A stretch of DNA of 64,000 nt, from positions 18,956-82,955 of IMG/VR virus record IMGVR_UViG_2718218017_000006; one strand, given 5' to 3'. Below, piece by piece: positions 50,421 through 61,122 of this stretch. The translations under genes and the position numbers were made by a program. The DNA comes from a virus. Numbering within the stretch: the stretch's first letter is position 1; every line of letters begins with the position of its first letter. The notes below the pieces were generated by a model. It did not search any database and had not been told where the DNA came from. It was given only the letters and a program-made list of their open reading frames with translations.

Positions 50421-50966
50421 CTATCCTTTATAAGCTTCTAATTCATCCCATGTTAAGTCTAATGCATCCCATTGATCGAAAGTTTTATTATAGTTATCAA
50501 ATTCATTCCAAATTATATATCTGAAAATATAATCCAACAGTAGATATGCAGGCTTTATATCATTAACTGCATTTTTTAAATCCTGAATGTTAGAAGGTAC
50601 CCCATAAACATTGACAAAAGCAATATGAATAATACCATCAAAAGTAACTTCCACATCACCATTTGTAAAAGAATCACATACAAGTTTTATAAGTGCAGCA
50701 TTTAATTTTCCTGTACCTCTGGACTTGGATTTTATTACACTTCTTCTATAATCTAAAGCTTTTGTATAATCCGTAATTATACCCAGTTCTCTTTCATATA
50801 TATCTAAGGCCCAGGTTGCAGTATCTATATTTAATTGAGCCTTTATATTATCAATATTGCCGTACATATTGTTAAATTCAGTATCTTCGCTGTTTAATAC
50901 TCCCCTAAATATCTTAGTATCTGCAGGTATTGGGGGTAAATAATTTTTCAATGCAGTATTACTCAT
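50421..50966 (-). CDS. Baseplate wedge protein (YmfQ/DUF2313-like)
   Basis: TATWALDIYERELGI, IKPAYL. Confidence 0.85.
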   Translation of the reverse strand: MSNTALKNYLPPIPADTKIFRGVLNSEDTEFNNMYGNIDNIKAQLNIDTATWALDIYERELGIITDYTKALDYRRSVIKSKSRGTGKLNAALIKLVCDSFTNGDVEVTFDGIIHIAFVNVYGVPSNIQDLKNAVNDIKPAYLLLDYIFRYIIWNEFDNYNKTFDQWDALDLTWDELEAYKG

Positions 50967-52044
50967 TTATTGCCACCGTCCCCAATATTGGAGTTTCACA
51001 TAAAGTTTTTGTTAATGATATTGGAATGTTTGTTGTTCCTCCATTTACAGTTAAATTGGAATAGTCCAGCACTCCTTTACTATCAAGTATTGCCACACCA
51101 ATTTTAGCATAAGAAACTACAGCATTATCTATAAATGCCAGTGATTTTAAATATTCAGTTATACTTGCCTCAACATTAGCAAGTCTTTGTTCATCAGTAT
51201 AATTTGTGTCTTTCACGATTGCAAAACTTACATTTATAGTTTTAGCTGCAGCTTCTTCAACTGTTGTATAGCAAAATGCCGGTGCTTTTCCATATCCCAG
51301 TCCCCAACTCTCTCCTAGTGGGTCCATGTAATTTTGTACTTCATTCACTAAATCTGCACCAGGGACTTGTTTATTGGCATCTATAATAACTAATTTTATA
51401 GTGTTATTTCCATTCCAGGTGGGAAAAACTTTAGCGTCACCTACACCGGGATATTCTTTAACCAGATTTTGAAAATAAGCTATATTGCTTCCCGTATCTG
51501 GATTTTGTAATTTTTCATAATATCTTTCAAGTAAATGGGCATCACTTTCAGCATCAAAACCTCCCTGAGCTGCCAGAGGATTTGTAACACCGATTACACC
51601 ACTTATAGCCACAGGCATAACGGTTATTTGGTTGGCCGGAATATTTCCACTACCTCCCGGTATTACAGCTTGTATTTCAATTGTTCCACTGCCGGTTATA
51701 GTTTTGGATTCCAGTGATTTAAACTGTACTGCATTAGGGGTTTGAAATAAATCCCCTTCAGCTATAGTTGCAGTTCCTGTTATATTTAAAATTCCTGCTG
51801 CATATTTGGCGGGATTTCTGGTTTGACCTGTCCTCTGTTTTATTCTTAACTCCAATTCATCATCACTAAGTTTGCTTAAATCAAACTTGTCAACTATACT
51901 ATCTAATTCAGTGGAGACTTTTACAAATTCTTTGCTTGCAGCAACTACACTGTCATATACAAGATAACCTTCTGTTTTATCTACACTGTCAGATATATTC
52001 CCTAACATTCTGGTTTTTATAGTTTCTTCTGATTCACTATACAT
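50959..52044 (-). CDS. Baseplate J-like protein
   Basis: GGFDAESDAHLLERY, AKVFPTWNGNNT. Confidence 0.9.
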   Translation of the reverse strand: MYSESEETIKTRMLGNISDSVDKTEGYLVYDSVVAASKEFVKVSTELDSIVDKFDLSKLSDDELELRIKQRTGQTRNPAKYAAGILNITGTATIAEGDLFQTPNAVQFKSLESKTITGSGTIEIQAVIPGGSGNIPANQITVMPVAISGVIGVTNPLAAQGGFDAESDAHLLERYYEKLQNPDTGSNIAYFQNLVKEYPGVGDAKVFPTWNGNNTIKLVIIDANKQVPGADLVNEVQNYMDPLGESWGLGYGKAPAFCYTTVEEAAAKTINVSFAIVKDTNYTDEQRLANVEASITEYLKSLAFIDNAVVSYAKIGVAILDSKGVLDYSNLTVNGGTTNIPISLTKTLCETPILGTVAINE

Positions 52045-52495
52045 CCATATCCACCTCCCCCTGATCTGTAAGAGCTGTAAAGCTAACGGTTAAAGTATCT
52101 CCATCATATGCAGTAGTGAAATTCTGCATACCTGTTATATGATGATTTAAACTTATGCATTCCCATACAATTCTCCTGGCTTCACTTTCAATTAATCCAC
52201 TGCTAAACCCCTGACCTATCAAACTATCTAAATCATGACCATAATTATCAGAGTAAATACTATAGTTCATCTTTACAGTGTTCAGTGCTTTCCATATCCA
52301 TATCTTAAGAGCTTCTTTACCTTCCACTATTACAAACTTACCATCTTTAAGAAGGAAATCATCATTTTCAAAGTCCCAGGCATATTCTTTTGGAGTTGTA
52401 ACTGTACTTGAAGAATTTTCAATACTTTGATTTATTACATTATCTATATTTACATCAAATTGTGGTAATATACTCATAAGCTTACCACCTTGCAT
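52037..52495 (-). CDS. XkdS/DUF2634-like baseplate protein
   Basis: EYAWDF, EALKIWIWKAL, YSDNYG. Confidence 0.85.
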   Translation of the reverse strand: MQGGKLMSILPQFDVNIDNVINQSIENSSSTVTTPKEYAWDFENDDFLLKDGKFVIVEGKEALKIWIWKALNTVKMNYSIYSDNYGHDLDSLIGQGFSSGLIESEARRIVWECISLNHHITGMQNFTTAYDGDTLTVSFTALTDQGEVDMDV

Positions 52496-52845
52496 AATAC
52501 AATATATTTTTGTCCATCAGGGGTAGCTAGACAGGCTACCATATCGTCTTTTTTAAGACCCTCTATAAAGTTTAATTCTGCATCAGGTATTCCTATAGAT
52601 GTTATGCTACCATCTGTTGTAGATCCTGTAGCACTTGTGGAAGGTATCTTTATCCTCCTTTTATAGTTAGCCAGTAAAAAATCTGATACTAGGAGATTTT
52701 TTTTAGTAAGTGGCGTATCATTTATTTGAATTGTCAAAGGGTCAGAACTTATTACCTTTCCAATATCAATAGAAGGAGGATTATAAGCTGCCCCCTGACT
52801 TCTCATTTTCAAAAGTATATCATTATATGGATTCTTTATATTCAT
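52474..52845 (-). CDS. DUF2577-like baseplate protein
   Basis: IGKVISSDPLTI, LKKDDMV, QKYIVL. Confidence 0.75.
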   Translation of the reverse strand: MNIKNPYNDILLKMRSQGAAYNPPSIDIGKVISSDPLTIQINDTPLTKKNLLVSDFLLANYKRRIKIPSTSATGSTTDGSITSIGIPDAELNFIEGLKKDDMVACLATPDGQKYIVLCKVVSL

Positions 52846-53852
52846 GCTGCCGCATCCACCTCCACCAGTTTCATTTTAGTTTGAAAGTTTAAAGTTAAAT
52901 CCATAGTGTATTTACCGGTTCCAACCTCCCATGTATGTGTATCTGCATCAATACACATTACAGTATCCAATAAATTATAGATATATGGTATTTGAACCTT
53001 AACTCCCCATCCAGTTGTACATCTAGTATCACCAATAAGATTTACAAAAACAGTTTCATCCACACCATGCAGCATATTTGTTGCTGTTGTGATTGGGGCA
53101 TTATCATCATCTGGAGCAGAATATACATCTTGAAGTATTCCGTAAGCTTTTATCCAATCTCTTTGCCATGCAGTACCTACATATTCACCTTTGCTGTTAT
53201 AGACATTTACCTTATTTATCATATTGCTTATGGAATCGGAATAAGTTGTTTTTCCTAGATTTAGACTAGGTTTTATAACAAAATTATCAATCGCAACACC
53301 CATGTTCATTATTTCTAAAACATCTCTATTCATAAATGGATAAAAGTTATACCTGCCACCGTTAAAGTGCCATACCTTTGTATAGGCCATCATTATAGTA
53401 TCGTAGAATGTTTTCTCCATTGCTAGTAAATCTATTTTTAACCCTGTAACTCCAATATCTCCACAAAATACTCCTGCTTCCCCGCAAACTACCCTTGTTA
53501 TTTCTTCAGGTGTTATATTGGTAAAATTGTGGCTGCTCTTGGACTTTGCAAGGTATATCATACAGTCAAAAGCCACAAATTTAAGTTCCTGGGTATCAGA
53601 ATCTATTTCCCTGTCAAATACATGTCCCCTGAAAATCTCTTTTTCATCCTCTACCATCCAGATTAAAGTCCCTGGACCTATCTGTACATTAGGCTGGTTT
53701 TTATCCCATATGCTGTAGGCCATAGTAACTTCAAGTTTTCTTGCTATGGAATCCTTATCACCACTCCATACAATGGTTTTACAGAAGTTAGTTATTTTTG
53801 TGTGTATAAGCCCTCGACTGGAGCTGTTATAAAGAGAATATAAATTAATCAT
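52842..53852 (-). CDS. XkdQ-like baseplate hub protein
   Basis: WSGDKDSIARKLE, YSDSISNMINKV, YGILQ. Confidence 0.85.
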   Translation of the reverse strand: MINLYSLYNSSSRGLIHTKITNFCKTIVWSGDKDSIARKLEVTMAYSIWDKNQPNVQIGPGTLIWMVEDEKEIFRGHVFDREIDSDTQELKFVAFDCMIYLAKSKSSHNFTNITPEEITRVVCGEAGVFCGDIGVTGLKIDLLAMEKTFYDTIMMAYTKVWHFNGGRYNFYPFMNRDVLEIMNMGVAIDNFVIKPSLNLGKTTYSDSISNMINKVNVYNSKGEYVGTAWQRDWIKAYGILQDVYSAPDDDNAPITTATNMLHGVDETVFVNLIGDTRCTTGWGVKVQIPYIYNLLDTVMCIDADTHTWEVGTGKYTMDLTLNFQTKMKLVEVDAAA

Positions 53853-54265
53853 TTCAGCACCCCATATTCTTTTAAGGTCAGAATAAAAGAAATATCCCCT
53901 GTTCCGTCGTTTTCCTTAAAATTAAAAGATTCAATAGAACAGAGAATATTTACTATAGTTCCTGTTATTATATATCTTACAGGTTTGCCACTGTCTATCA
54001 TTTTTTTAATTGTAACCACGCAATCTTCAGGACTTGGAAAATCACTGTAAGTACAAAAACTGTATTTCTGGTTAGGAAAAAAGCTTTCTATAGGGGCTAT
54101 TTCAGTTAGTTTGGGCTTTCCCAGAAAATTTACCTCTCCCCTTCCTTCCACTAAAAAAGAGCTGTTATTATTAGCCCAGGTTATATCATAGTTTGCTGGT
54201 GGAACAGGGAGCCTTAAAGAAGTACCATTGTCCTGCTTTAACCAAAATTCCATATTCTTTTTCAC
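53849..54265 (-). CDS. XkdP-like tail tube initiator
   Basis: LRLPVPP, ESFFP, GDISFILTLKEY. Confidence 0.75.
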   Translation of the reverse strand: MKKNMEFWLKQDNGTSLRLPVPPANYDITWANNNSSFLVEGRGEVNFLGKPKLTEIAPIESFFPNQKYSFCTYSDFPSPEDCVVTIKKMIDSGKPVRYIITGTIVNILCSIESFNFKENDGTGDISFILTLKEYGVLK

Positions 54266-54278
54266 TATACCTCAACTC

Positions 54279-57200
54279 CTATATATTCATTTCAGCTATA
54301 GTAAGTTTTTTAACCAAAGCTGTAGCTATCTTGTCTATATCTGCTTCTTCCCTAACAACTATTTTATCTGCCAGTTTCTCTATTATAATTTTTATACCGG
54401 ATTTTTTATCCCCATTTACTAAAGCTTCTGCCTGTTCCAATAAATATTTTGAGCGTGAGTTGTCTTTCTTTAAAGGTATTGCCATCTCTGGATAATCACC
54501 CTCACCAAAAATTGAAGGTTGAGTTGCTATACCACCCTGGGCATAACCTACATAGTTACCACCATAAAGATTAGGAATGTTATTTACGTTTCCATAACGT
54601 GATTTAATATAATCTATCGCACTCGCAGCATTGGCAATCGGATTCATTATATTATTTAACCCCGAAACCATATGTTCTCTAAATGTGCTTCCTAACATTT
54701 GTAAGAGTCCAGTAGCATGTTCTCCTCCAACACTTATTGAATTCCATGCTGTAGGATTTCCACCAGATTCTCTTTTCACTAGTTGTAATAATCCTGGAAG
54801 CCAACTCATAGGTGTACCTGTTATTCCAAGAGCAGCAGTTAACCATTCTGTAACATTCCCGCCCATGGCACTTCCAGCCATAGAAGTGATATCTCCAATC
54901 CAGTTTTTAATGAACTTTTGAATGTCTATAGAGGATATACCCTTTATAACTCCTTGAGGAATGAATTGTGACAACTTATACATAACTAAACTAGGGCTAT
55001 GAATCCCAAAACCCGTTTTGAATTCTTCAATGACCTTGTCTGTAAGTGCTTTAACTATACTTGTTAAATTACCCACATTCGACTGTATACCTGCCCCAAG
55101 TTCCTGAACAATTCCCTGGCCATAAGTCAAACTTTGGTTTTTTAAATCTGTATAAATATTTTTAACCCCTGTACTCATATTAGTAGTAGGGGTTGTTACA
55201 GATTTTATGTTATTTTGGATGCCTGTTCCATAAGTTTTCATCATATCTACTGCATAAGTATCAAAATCACTTAAAGGTCCTTTGTCTGGTACACTGAAAT
55301 GGATTAATTCTTTTATTTTAGAAGCCATTAAAGTCGTTGCGTCTGTTACAGATTTAGTATTCTGTCTTATTCCTTTTGCCATACTTTCTGGAATATCCTC
55401 TCCCCATTTAGTTATATTTGAGGTATTCATATTAGGTATTGAAGCTTGAACTTGCATATTTTTCATCATATTATTAGATTCTCTATTACTATGAATTTTA
55501 GTACCTGCGGGAAGCTCCATTAATTCAGGACCATTTTCATTTACCCACGTAGGTCCCCCTCTCCAATAAGTAGTCCCAAGAGCATTATTACCCGGAATAG
55601 GTCCTACTTTCCAGTCAGTCATAGTTACAGTAGTTGTTTTTCCGTTTTCATCCTTTGTGGTAACTTTATTACTTTTATCTTTATCAAGCCATTTTGTAAG
55701 CCAATCGTAAGCCTTTTTAATAGCATCAGCTATACCATTAAATAAATCTATAATCCAGCCTAAAATTGGAGCTATAAAATCATATACACCTTTTATTATA
55801 GGAGAAAGTTCTGCAATTACATCTAAAGCTTTTCCAACAACTTTTGCTATTATATCAAAAGCAACACTAAAAACTTTTTGAATTCCTGGCATAGCTTCTT
55901 TAATTTTTCCCCATAAATCCTGAACTATTGGGATAATATTCACTTTTATTACATTCCAGAAATGTTCAAGATGAGGTTTTATGCTATTAAAGGACTTTAT
56001 AAAAGAATTTGCTATAGGAGGTAAATATTTATTTACTACCCCAGCTATAGCTGTTACTGCAGGAATTACATACTGTTGAGCAATACCACCTAAGAATTTA
56101 AAAGCAGGTAAAACCACTGTTTGAACTATTTTAGATAAAGATTTAAATGCCGGTTCTCCCACAGATTTTATTATTTTAGATATAGTATTAAAAGTAGGAG
56201 TTAAGACGGTTCCTATCTTCCCACCTATCTTTATAATATTTTCGCCAAACTTAGTAAAACCATCTGCATTTTTATCTAATAAATTGGCAAGAGGTGTAAG
56301 GATTTTATTGATAACAGGTAAAAAAGCCTTGCCAAAATTTGCTCCTATTGTTTCTAAATTTCCTGTTACGGTACTCCACTTACCAGCAGTGGAATTACTT
56401 AATTCACTTGCTCCTCCTGCAAATACTTTTCCTATATTTCCCTCGGAACTTGTTTGCTGTTTAAAATAACTTTCAACTCCCCCAGCATTATTTATATCAT
56501 CCTGACTTATTTTGAAACCAAACTCTTTCATTCTTTCAGTTTCGCCAGTTTTTAAATCAGCCAAAGCTTCCATAGCATCCATTACACTTTTTCCAGGATT
56601 AAGTGCTGCCATATTCTCACTCAATTTCACTAAATCCATGCCTGCTTTAGTATCTCCTGAAGTTATATTCACAGCTCTACGCCCTGCTGCTATAACTTCA
56701 CTAGTTCCAAAAGGCGTAATGTTAGCTTCTGTCCTAAGTTGGGATATATAAGAATCCGTCATTTTCTGAACATCTGCTTGACTAGAACTTTGGTTATTGT
56801 AGCCTATAAAATGCTTCATAGCTATTTGTTCTTGTTCTAAGTCTGAAGCTGCACCTATAGTAGCTTTTCCTGCCGCATTTGTTGCCATTGTGGCTGCTAA
56901 AGTTTTTAGACTAAATAGATTATTCTTAATCTTAGATATCACCGAAGAAGTTTCATCTTTAGCCTTAATGGCTATTGTGACAGGTAATTTTGCTAAACTG
57001 AGCAATTCACTTTTGGCCTTAGATACAACTCCTACTGTTTTATTTACTGCATTAATAGATAATAAAGTAGATTTTATAGTAGCCATATCACCTTTAACTT
57101 TAGAAATAACTTCTTTAGTCTTATTGGTGGCGTTGATTGGAATATTTAATGGATGTGTTACTATTTCTTTAATGTTATTTTTTAATTCACCTATTTTACT

Positions 57201-57563
57201 GTTAGCTAAAGCAGTATCCATATCTATTCTTTTTCCTGATACCATATCAATAACTTCAGCTGTAGAATTAACTGAATTTTTTACTTCATTAATCTTATCA
57301 ATGGCATTATCAGTATTTATACTTACCTTCTTTTTAGACATAAGGTCTATAACATTGTTAGCAGATGTAACGCTCTCCTTAACATTCTTAATTTCATTAA
57401 TGGCACTGGTTGTATCTACATCTATATTTTTCCCTGTCATCATATCAATTACATTATTGGCAACTTTCGCACTTTCCGTAAGCTTATTAACAGCTTCTAT
57501 AGGTGAAACTATTTGAGAACTCATAGTATCTTCTAATACAATTCTAGCTCTTATCTCTGCCAA
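54279..57563 (-). CDS. Tape measure protein with lytic transglycosylase domain
   Basis: ANITPFGTSEV tape domain; KRESGGNP...GLLQ SLT motif. Confidence 0.9.
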   Translation of the reverse strand: MAEIRARIVLEDTMSSQIVSPIEAVNKLTESAKVANNVIDMMTGKNIDVDTTSAINEIKNVKESVTSANNVIDLMSKKKVSINTDNAIDKINEVKNSVNSTAEVIDMVSGKRIDMDTALANSKIGELKNNIKEIVTHPLNIPINATNKTKEVISKVKGDMATIKSTLLSINAVNKTVGVVSKAKSELLSLAKLPVTIAIKAKDETSSVISKIKNNLFSLKTLAATMATNAAGKATIGAASDLEQEQIAMKHFIGYNNQSSSQADVQKMTDSYISQLRTEANITPFGTSEVIAAGRRAVNITSGDTKAGMDLVKLSENMAALNPGKSVMDAMEALADLKTGETERMKEFGFKISQDDINNAGGVESYFKQQTSSEGNIGKVFAGGASELSNSTAGKWSTVTGNLETIGANFGKAFLPVINKILTPLANLLDKNADGFTKFGENIIKIGGKIGTVLTPTFNTISKIIKSVGEPAFKSLSKIVQTVVLPAFKFLGGIAQQYVIPAVTAIAGVVNKYLPPIANSFIKSFNSIKPHLEHFWNVIKVNIIPIVQDLWGKIKEAMPGIQKVFSVAFDIIAKVVGKALDVIAELSPIIKGVYDFIAPILGWIIDLFNGIADAIKKAYDWLTKWLDKDKSNKVTTKDENGKTTTVTMTDWKVGPIPGNNALGTTYWRGGPTWVNENGPELMELPAGTKIHSNRESNNMMKNMQVQASIPNMNTSNITKWGEDIPESMAKGIRQNTKSVTDATTLMASKIKELIHFSVPDKGPLSDFDTYAVDMMKTYGTGIQNNIKSVTTPTTNMSTGVKNIYTDLKNQSLTYGQGIVQELGAGIQSNVGNLTSIVKALTDKVIEEFKTGFGIHSPSLVMYKLSQFIPQGVIKGISSIDIQKFIKNWIGDITSMAGSAMGGNVTEWLTAALGITGTPMSWLPGLLQLVKRESGGNPTAWNSISVGGEHATGLLQMLGSTFREHMVSGLNNIMNPIANAASAIDYIKSRYGNVNNIPNLYGGNYVGYAQGGIATQPSIFGEGDYPEMAIPLKKDNSRSKYLLEQAEALVNGDKKSGIKIIIEKLADKIVVREEADIDKIATALVKKLTIAEMNI

Positions 57564-57707
57564 ATCCTCACCCCATTTCTAGATATAATAAAAGTGCCTA
57601 ACAATAAAAGCAGCCGTATCTTCCAAATAAAAAAGAACCACATGAGTGATTCTCTCTTAAATATGCCACCTTAACTTGAATAAAGTTAGAGATCTTTAGT
57701 ACCAATA

Positions 57708-57917
57708 TTAAATCTTCCACTTATGTCCACAATTAATACAAACGGCAAGAGTTTCGGTTTTAACCTTGCCCTTTCTCTTACCTATAATCAACCAAAGGCC
57801 TAAAGTACATATTATTAAGCAAAGCCTTCCTATTGCCCATAAACAACCCGTGCCCTTCACCCTTGAATCGCCTTGCACTACTTGAATATTATCAGAACCA
57901 CATTTAGAGCATATCAT
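57708..57917 (-). CDS. Zn-ribbon single-TM moron protein
   Basis: CSKC...TM...CINC; own promoter (57954..57983) and terminator (57627..57653). Confidence 0.7.
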   Translation of the reverse strand: MICSKCGSDNIQVVQGDSRVKGTGCLWAIGRLCLIICTLGLWLIIGKRKGKVKTETLAVCINCGHKWKI

Positions 57918-58012
57918 GACAATTTCCCCCTTAATTCATAATTTGTCAATAATATTGTAACAAAATGTATATGTTCTTGTCCAATTTTATGACAAAATTC
58001 CTTATAGAGGGA

Positions 58013-58569
58013 TTATATGATAACTGCTGGGAAAACAGGAATTTTATTATTTAACATTTGCCTTCTTTCCTCACTCTTTTCTTCTATTTCGTAATCATAG
58101 AAAGCTCTTAATACAGTCTTATCGCCCTCAGAAGCATTCCAAAACTCAGACGGTAAAGTGATGTGTTTAGTTTTCCATAACTCATACATAAGAGTTACTT
58201 CTCCACCTGAGTTGATGAGTTTTTTATTTCTTTTATTGCATCAGTTCCGAAACCACTCAAGTTAGTTATAACTTTGACTAAAGAAGTAATTTCTCCTGGT
58301 AAAAATATTGTATTTACTGCTTCTGTTGCTGTTACCACGCCATAATATTCTATTACCTGTTGATTAGTAAAATCGGGATCTTTAACCCCTTTTATAACCA
58401 TATCCTCGTTAGCTGTCTTGGTGTTCTCCAATTCTTTAAATTCATCTGCAGTCAACGCCTGACAAGTAACAGTAAAAGGTTCACCTAAAATATCACTCAA
58501 TCTTTTTATTTCAACTTCTTGCTCAGGTCTTACTAACTTACTCTTATCTACCTTTAATAGTAAATTCAT
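58013..58569 (-). CDS. Tail assembly chaperone (XkdN-like, 58195..58569) with predicted -1 frameshift extension to 58013
   Basis: A AAA AAC slippery heptamer at 58225->58219; open -1 frame KKLINSGGEVTLMYELWK...VII. Confidence 0.75.
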
Positions 58570-58665
58570 TTTATTACTTATGTTTTATTCCTCCTAATAA
58601 TTAATTTTGTTTTTTATATTCTGAAGCAATAAAAAACAACCATAAATCTAACTGTATGGTTGTTT

Positions 58666-59127
58666 TTATGCTGAAGTTATTATGCTTGGGTCGATAGTAT
58701 CCAGTGGTTCAAAATCTTCAAAAGTAAAAGGGATTGACTCAGACCCCAACTTCCCAGATCCCCAATCAGCAAGTGTTAATTCATCAAATTTTACTCCTGA
58801 CATCTTAACTCTTTCAGTACCACCATTGCCCGGGTCACTTACCTTACTGATCATAGTAAACACCGTTTCAATTCCATTTTTTAGATTAGTAGCCATAAGC
58901 AACATCATTCTAGAACTAACTTTATTTAAAGTTATGGTACCACTACCATCCCAACCAACGGTTTTATACTTTTTTGAATTTGTGCCACACATAGGTACTT
59001 CTACTTTGTTTACTTTACACTTGGCCTGAAGAGCTGTAGCTTCTGCAACTTGTGAATCATCCAAGAACACACTGCCATAGTTACCATATATGGTTTTCTC
59101 TTCATTGTAATTTCCTGCATTTGTCAT
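58666..59127 (-). CDS. xkdM: Tail tube protein (XkdM-like)
   Basis: IYGNYGSVFLD, GSGTITLNKV, DELTLADW, SIPFTFEDF. Confidence 0.9.
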   Translation of the reverse strand: MTNAGNYNEEKTIYGNYGSVFLDDSQVAEATALQAKCKVNKVEVPMCGTNSKKYKTVGWDGSGTITLNKVSSRMMLLMATNLKNGIETVFTMISKVSDPGNGGTERVKMSGVKFDELTLADWGSGKLGSESIPFTFEDFEPLDTIDPSIITSA

Positions 59128-59139
59128 ACTTTACACCTC

Positions 59140-60228
59140 CTACGCCGCAATATTTAAATCAACATCTTCCATGCTGTCTAATATAGTTGTAGCAGCACCT
59201 ATAAACACCTTATCATCTGTATTAGCTTCCTTGATTTCCTGTGTTGTCATATCATCTACACCCCTACCATCAGTGGTCGTATATCCTTGGGCTTTCAAGT
59301 AAGCTTTCTGTGCTTCCACATCAATATAAACGCTACTGGAACCTTTGTCCAAAAGACCCGATAGCTCCAACTGTTCAAAATAGCCACCTATAGCACTCAT
59401 GAGTAAAATCTTATGGTCATAATCATTAGGTACTTTACCTATATAGCTATCTGATATAGTTTTCTTTACATCTCCATGCATAAGGTCCATAATATCTACT
59501 ATTTTAATTTTCTTGAACTTCTTCCCTTTATCCTTAGTAGTAGTTACCAGACTATTTACAGCTCTTACAACCTTAACTTTTTCGCCATCATTCATTAGAA
59601 TGAATTTTCCCGCATCAACAGCAGTATCCATTTCAGTTTTAGTTAAATGGTCACAGTCATCCAACTCACTTAAAGGTGCATAAGTAGCACTAATAGTAAG
59701 TGGTGTTCCTGCTATTAACCCTGCTGCTCTGGAACAGTACTCTTTTGCTGTATAAGTTTTGTCCCCTTCTTTGTTGCTGTTATTAGCATAATTAATTACT
59801 CCCTCATGGTCAGATGGACAATTCGGAAGTATCGCCTTAACTTTTTTATCTATATTATCTCTTAAGCCTTTAATCCATGTAGCAAAAGGTGTAACATCTG
59901 CATCTGCTATTTCAGGAAAAGCAAAATAGTCCCATCTAATAGTTTCTAGATAGTGCTGTGCTTCTGTATAATCTGTAGTATCTTCTGCTATTACATAAGC
60001 TATAACCTGTTTAGGTGGATTTACATAACCCATAAAAGCTAGGGTTATTTGATTTTTATTGGCATCCGTGAGTGTATCGGGAATATCTGATACAATACTC
60101 ATTACTATTGGATTGGTAGATGGGACTGTATCTTTTAAAAGTAAAGCTACTATGCCCCGATCACCACGTTCAATAGTACTTGTTGCCAACTCTTTAAATA
60201 CTATATTAATGCTTGGTGCTCCCATCAA
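59140..60228 (-). CDS. xkdK: Tail sheath protein (XkdK-like)
   Basis: MGAPSINIVFKE, DHEGVIN, RAVNSL, KKIKIVDIMD. Confidence 0.9.
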   Translation of the reverse strand: MMGAPSINIVFKELATSTIERGDRGIVALLLKDTVPSTNPIVMSIVSDIPDTLTDANKNQITLAFMGYVNPPKQVIAYVIAEDTTDYTEAQHYLETIRWDYFAFPEIADADVTPFATWIKGLRDNIDKKVKAILPNCPSDHEGVINYANNSNKEGDKTYTAKEYCSRAAGLIAGTPLTISATYAPLSELDDCDHLTKTEMDTAVDAGKFILMNDGEKVKVVRAVNSLVTTTKDKGKKFKKIKIVDIMDLMHGDVKKTISDSYIGKVPNDYDHKILLMSAIGGYFEQLELSGLLDKGSSSVYIDVEAQKAYLKAQGYTTTDGRGVDDMTTQEIKEANTDDKVFIGAATTILDSMEDVDLNIAA

Positions 60229-60232
60229 TTTT

Positions 60233-60673
60233 TCACTCCTTTATATTAAGGTTAATTTCTCCCATAAGCTGGGTGTTTTCATTATCTTTATTAATCACAT
60301 CTCTAATTGAAACCAGGTAATCCAAATTTATTTGAAAGTGAAGTACAAAATCCACTATTTCGTATTCTGTTTTTTGAATATTAATAAACCTGTCTTTAAC
60401 TTGTATACCTATTATAAAGCTGTTTTCAAGTTTATCCTGCATATCGTATAATTCATCATTACATTCTTCTCTAGGGAAGAAATGAATATCCACAACCAAA
60501 GTAGGGTTTTTAGTAAAGAAGCTTGACCTAGTTGTATTTATAGGAATTAATTGCACAAAAAAAGCAGGTGCCTCAAACCCCTGTCTTACCTGTTCATCAT
60601 ATACAATATTCTGTTGAAACTCCTTGCTAAGTTTTAAAGCTACTGCATCTTTTACATCCTTTATACTAATCAT
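60233..60673 (-). CDS. Putative tail terminator protein
   Basis: EQVRQGFEAPAFF, VLHF; synteny. Confidence 0.7.
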   Translation of the reverse strand: MISIKDVKDAVALKLSKEFQQNIVYDEQVRQGFEAPAFFVQLIPINTTRSSFFTKNPTLVVDIHFFPREECNDELYDMQDKLENSFIIGIQVKDRFINIQKTEYEIVDFVLHFQINLDYLVSIRDVINKDNENTQLMGEINLNIKE

Positions 60674-61122
60674 AGGCCGTGCTCCCTGATTACATTATCA
60701 AGCCAGTTTGACAAATACCCCGGAAGTTCTTTATTTAATTCCTCTATACTTATTTTAAGCATGTGTTTACCTGGGACAAAATCAATGGTACCACGCTTTT
60801 TATAAGTATCTGGATGATCAGTTTTACCAAGTCTTGTCCTATGTCCATATTCAACATGGCTTGCATAATCAAGGATATTGAACACTTCTATATAGTATCC
60901 GTTGCCCTCTTTAACTAAGTTTCCTATATGCCATTTTTTTCTTAAGTCTCCGCCAGTATGCCCATCCTTATAAACTCCAACTGGAGTTCTCTTTTTAACT
61001 TTTGCTAAAAGTCTATTTGCAAGCTTGTATATTTCCTTTTCAAGTTCTTCAGGAAACTTAATCTCTGCAAGTTCCATCAAAGCATTTTTGAATTCATCCA
61101 ATCCTTCTATATGAAACCCCAT
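60670..61122 (-). CDS. HK97 gp10-like protein
   Basis: KKRTPV, GGDLRKKW, YASHVEYGHR. Confidence 0.85.
   Translation of the reverse strand: MGFHIEGLDEFKNALMELAEIKFPEELEKEIYKLANRLLAKVKKRTPVGVYKDGHTGGDLRKKWHIGNLVKEGNGYYIEVFNILDYASHVEYGHRTRLGKTDHPDTYKKRGTIDFVPGKHMLKISIEELNKELPGYLSNWLDNVIREHGL

Noticed and set aside
270-60310. Numerous plus-strand ORFs overlapping structural genes (e.g. 2666..2962, 23596..24102, 56890..57516)
   Set aside because: Antisense shadows of real genes, with no RBS and low-complexity translations
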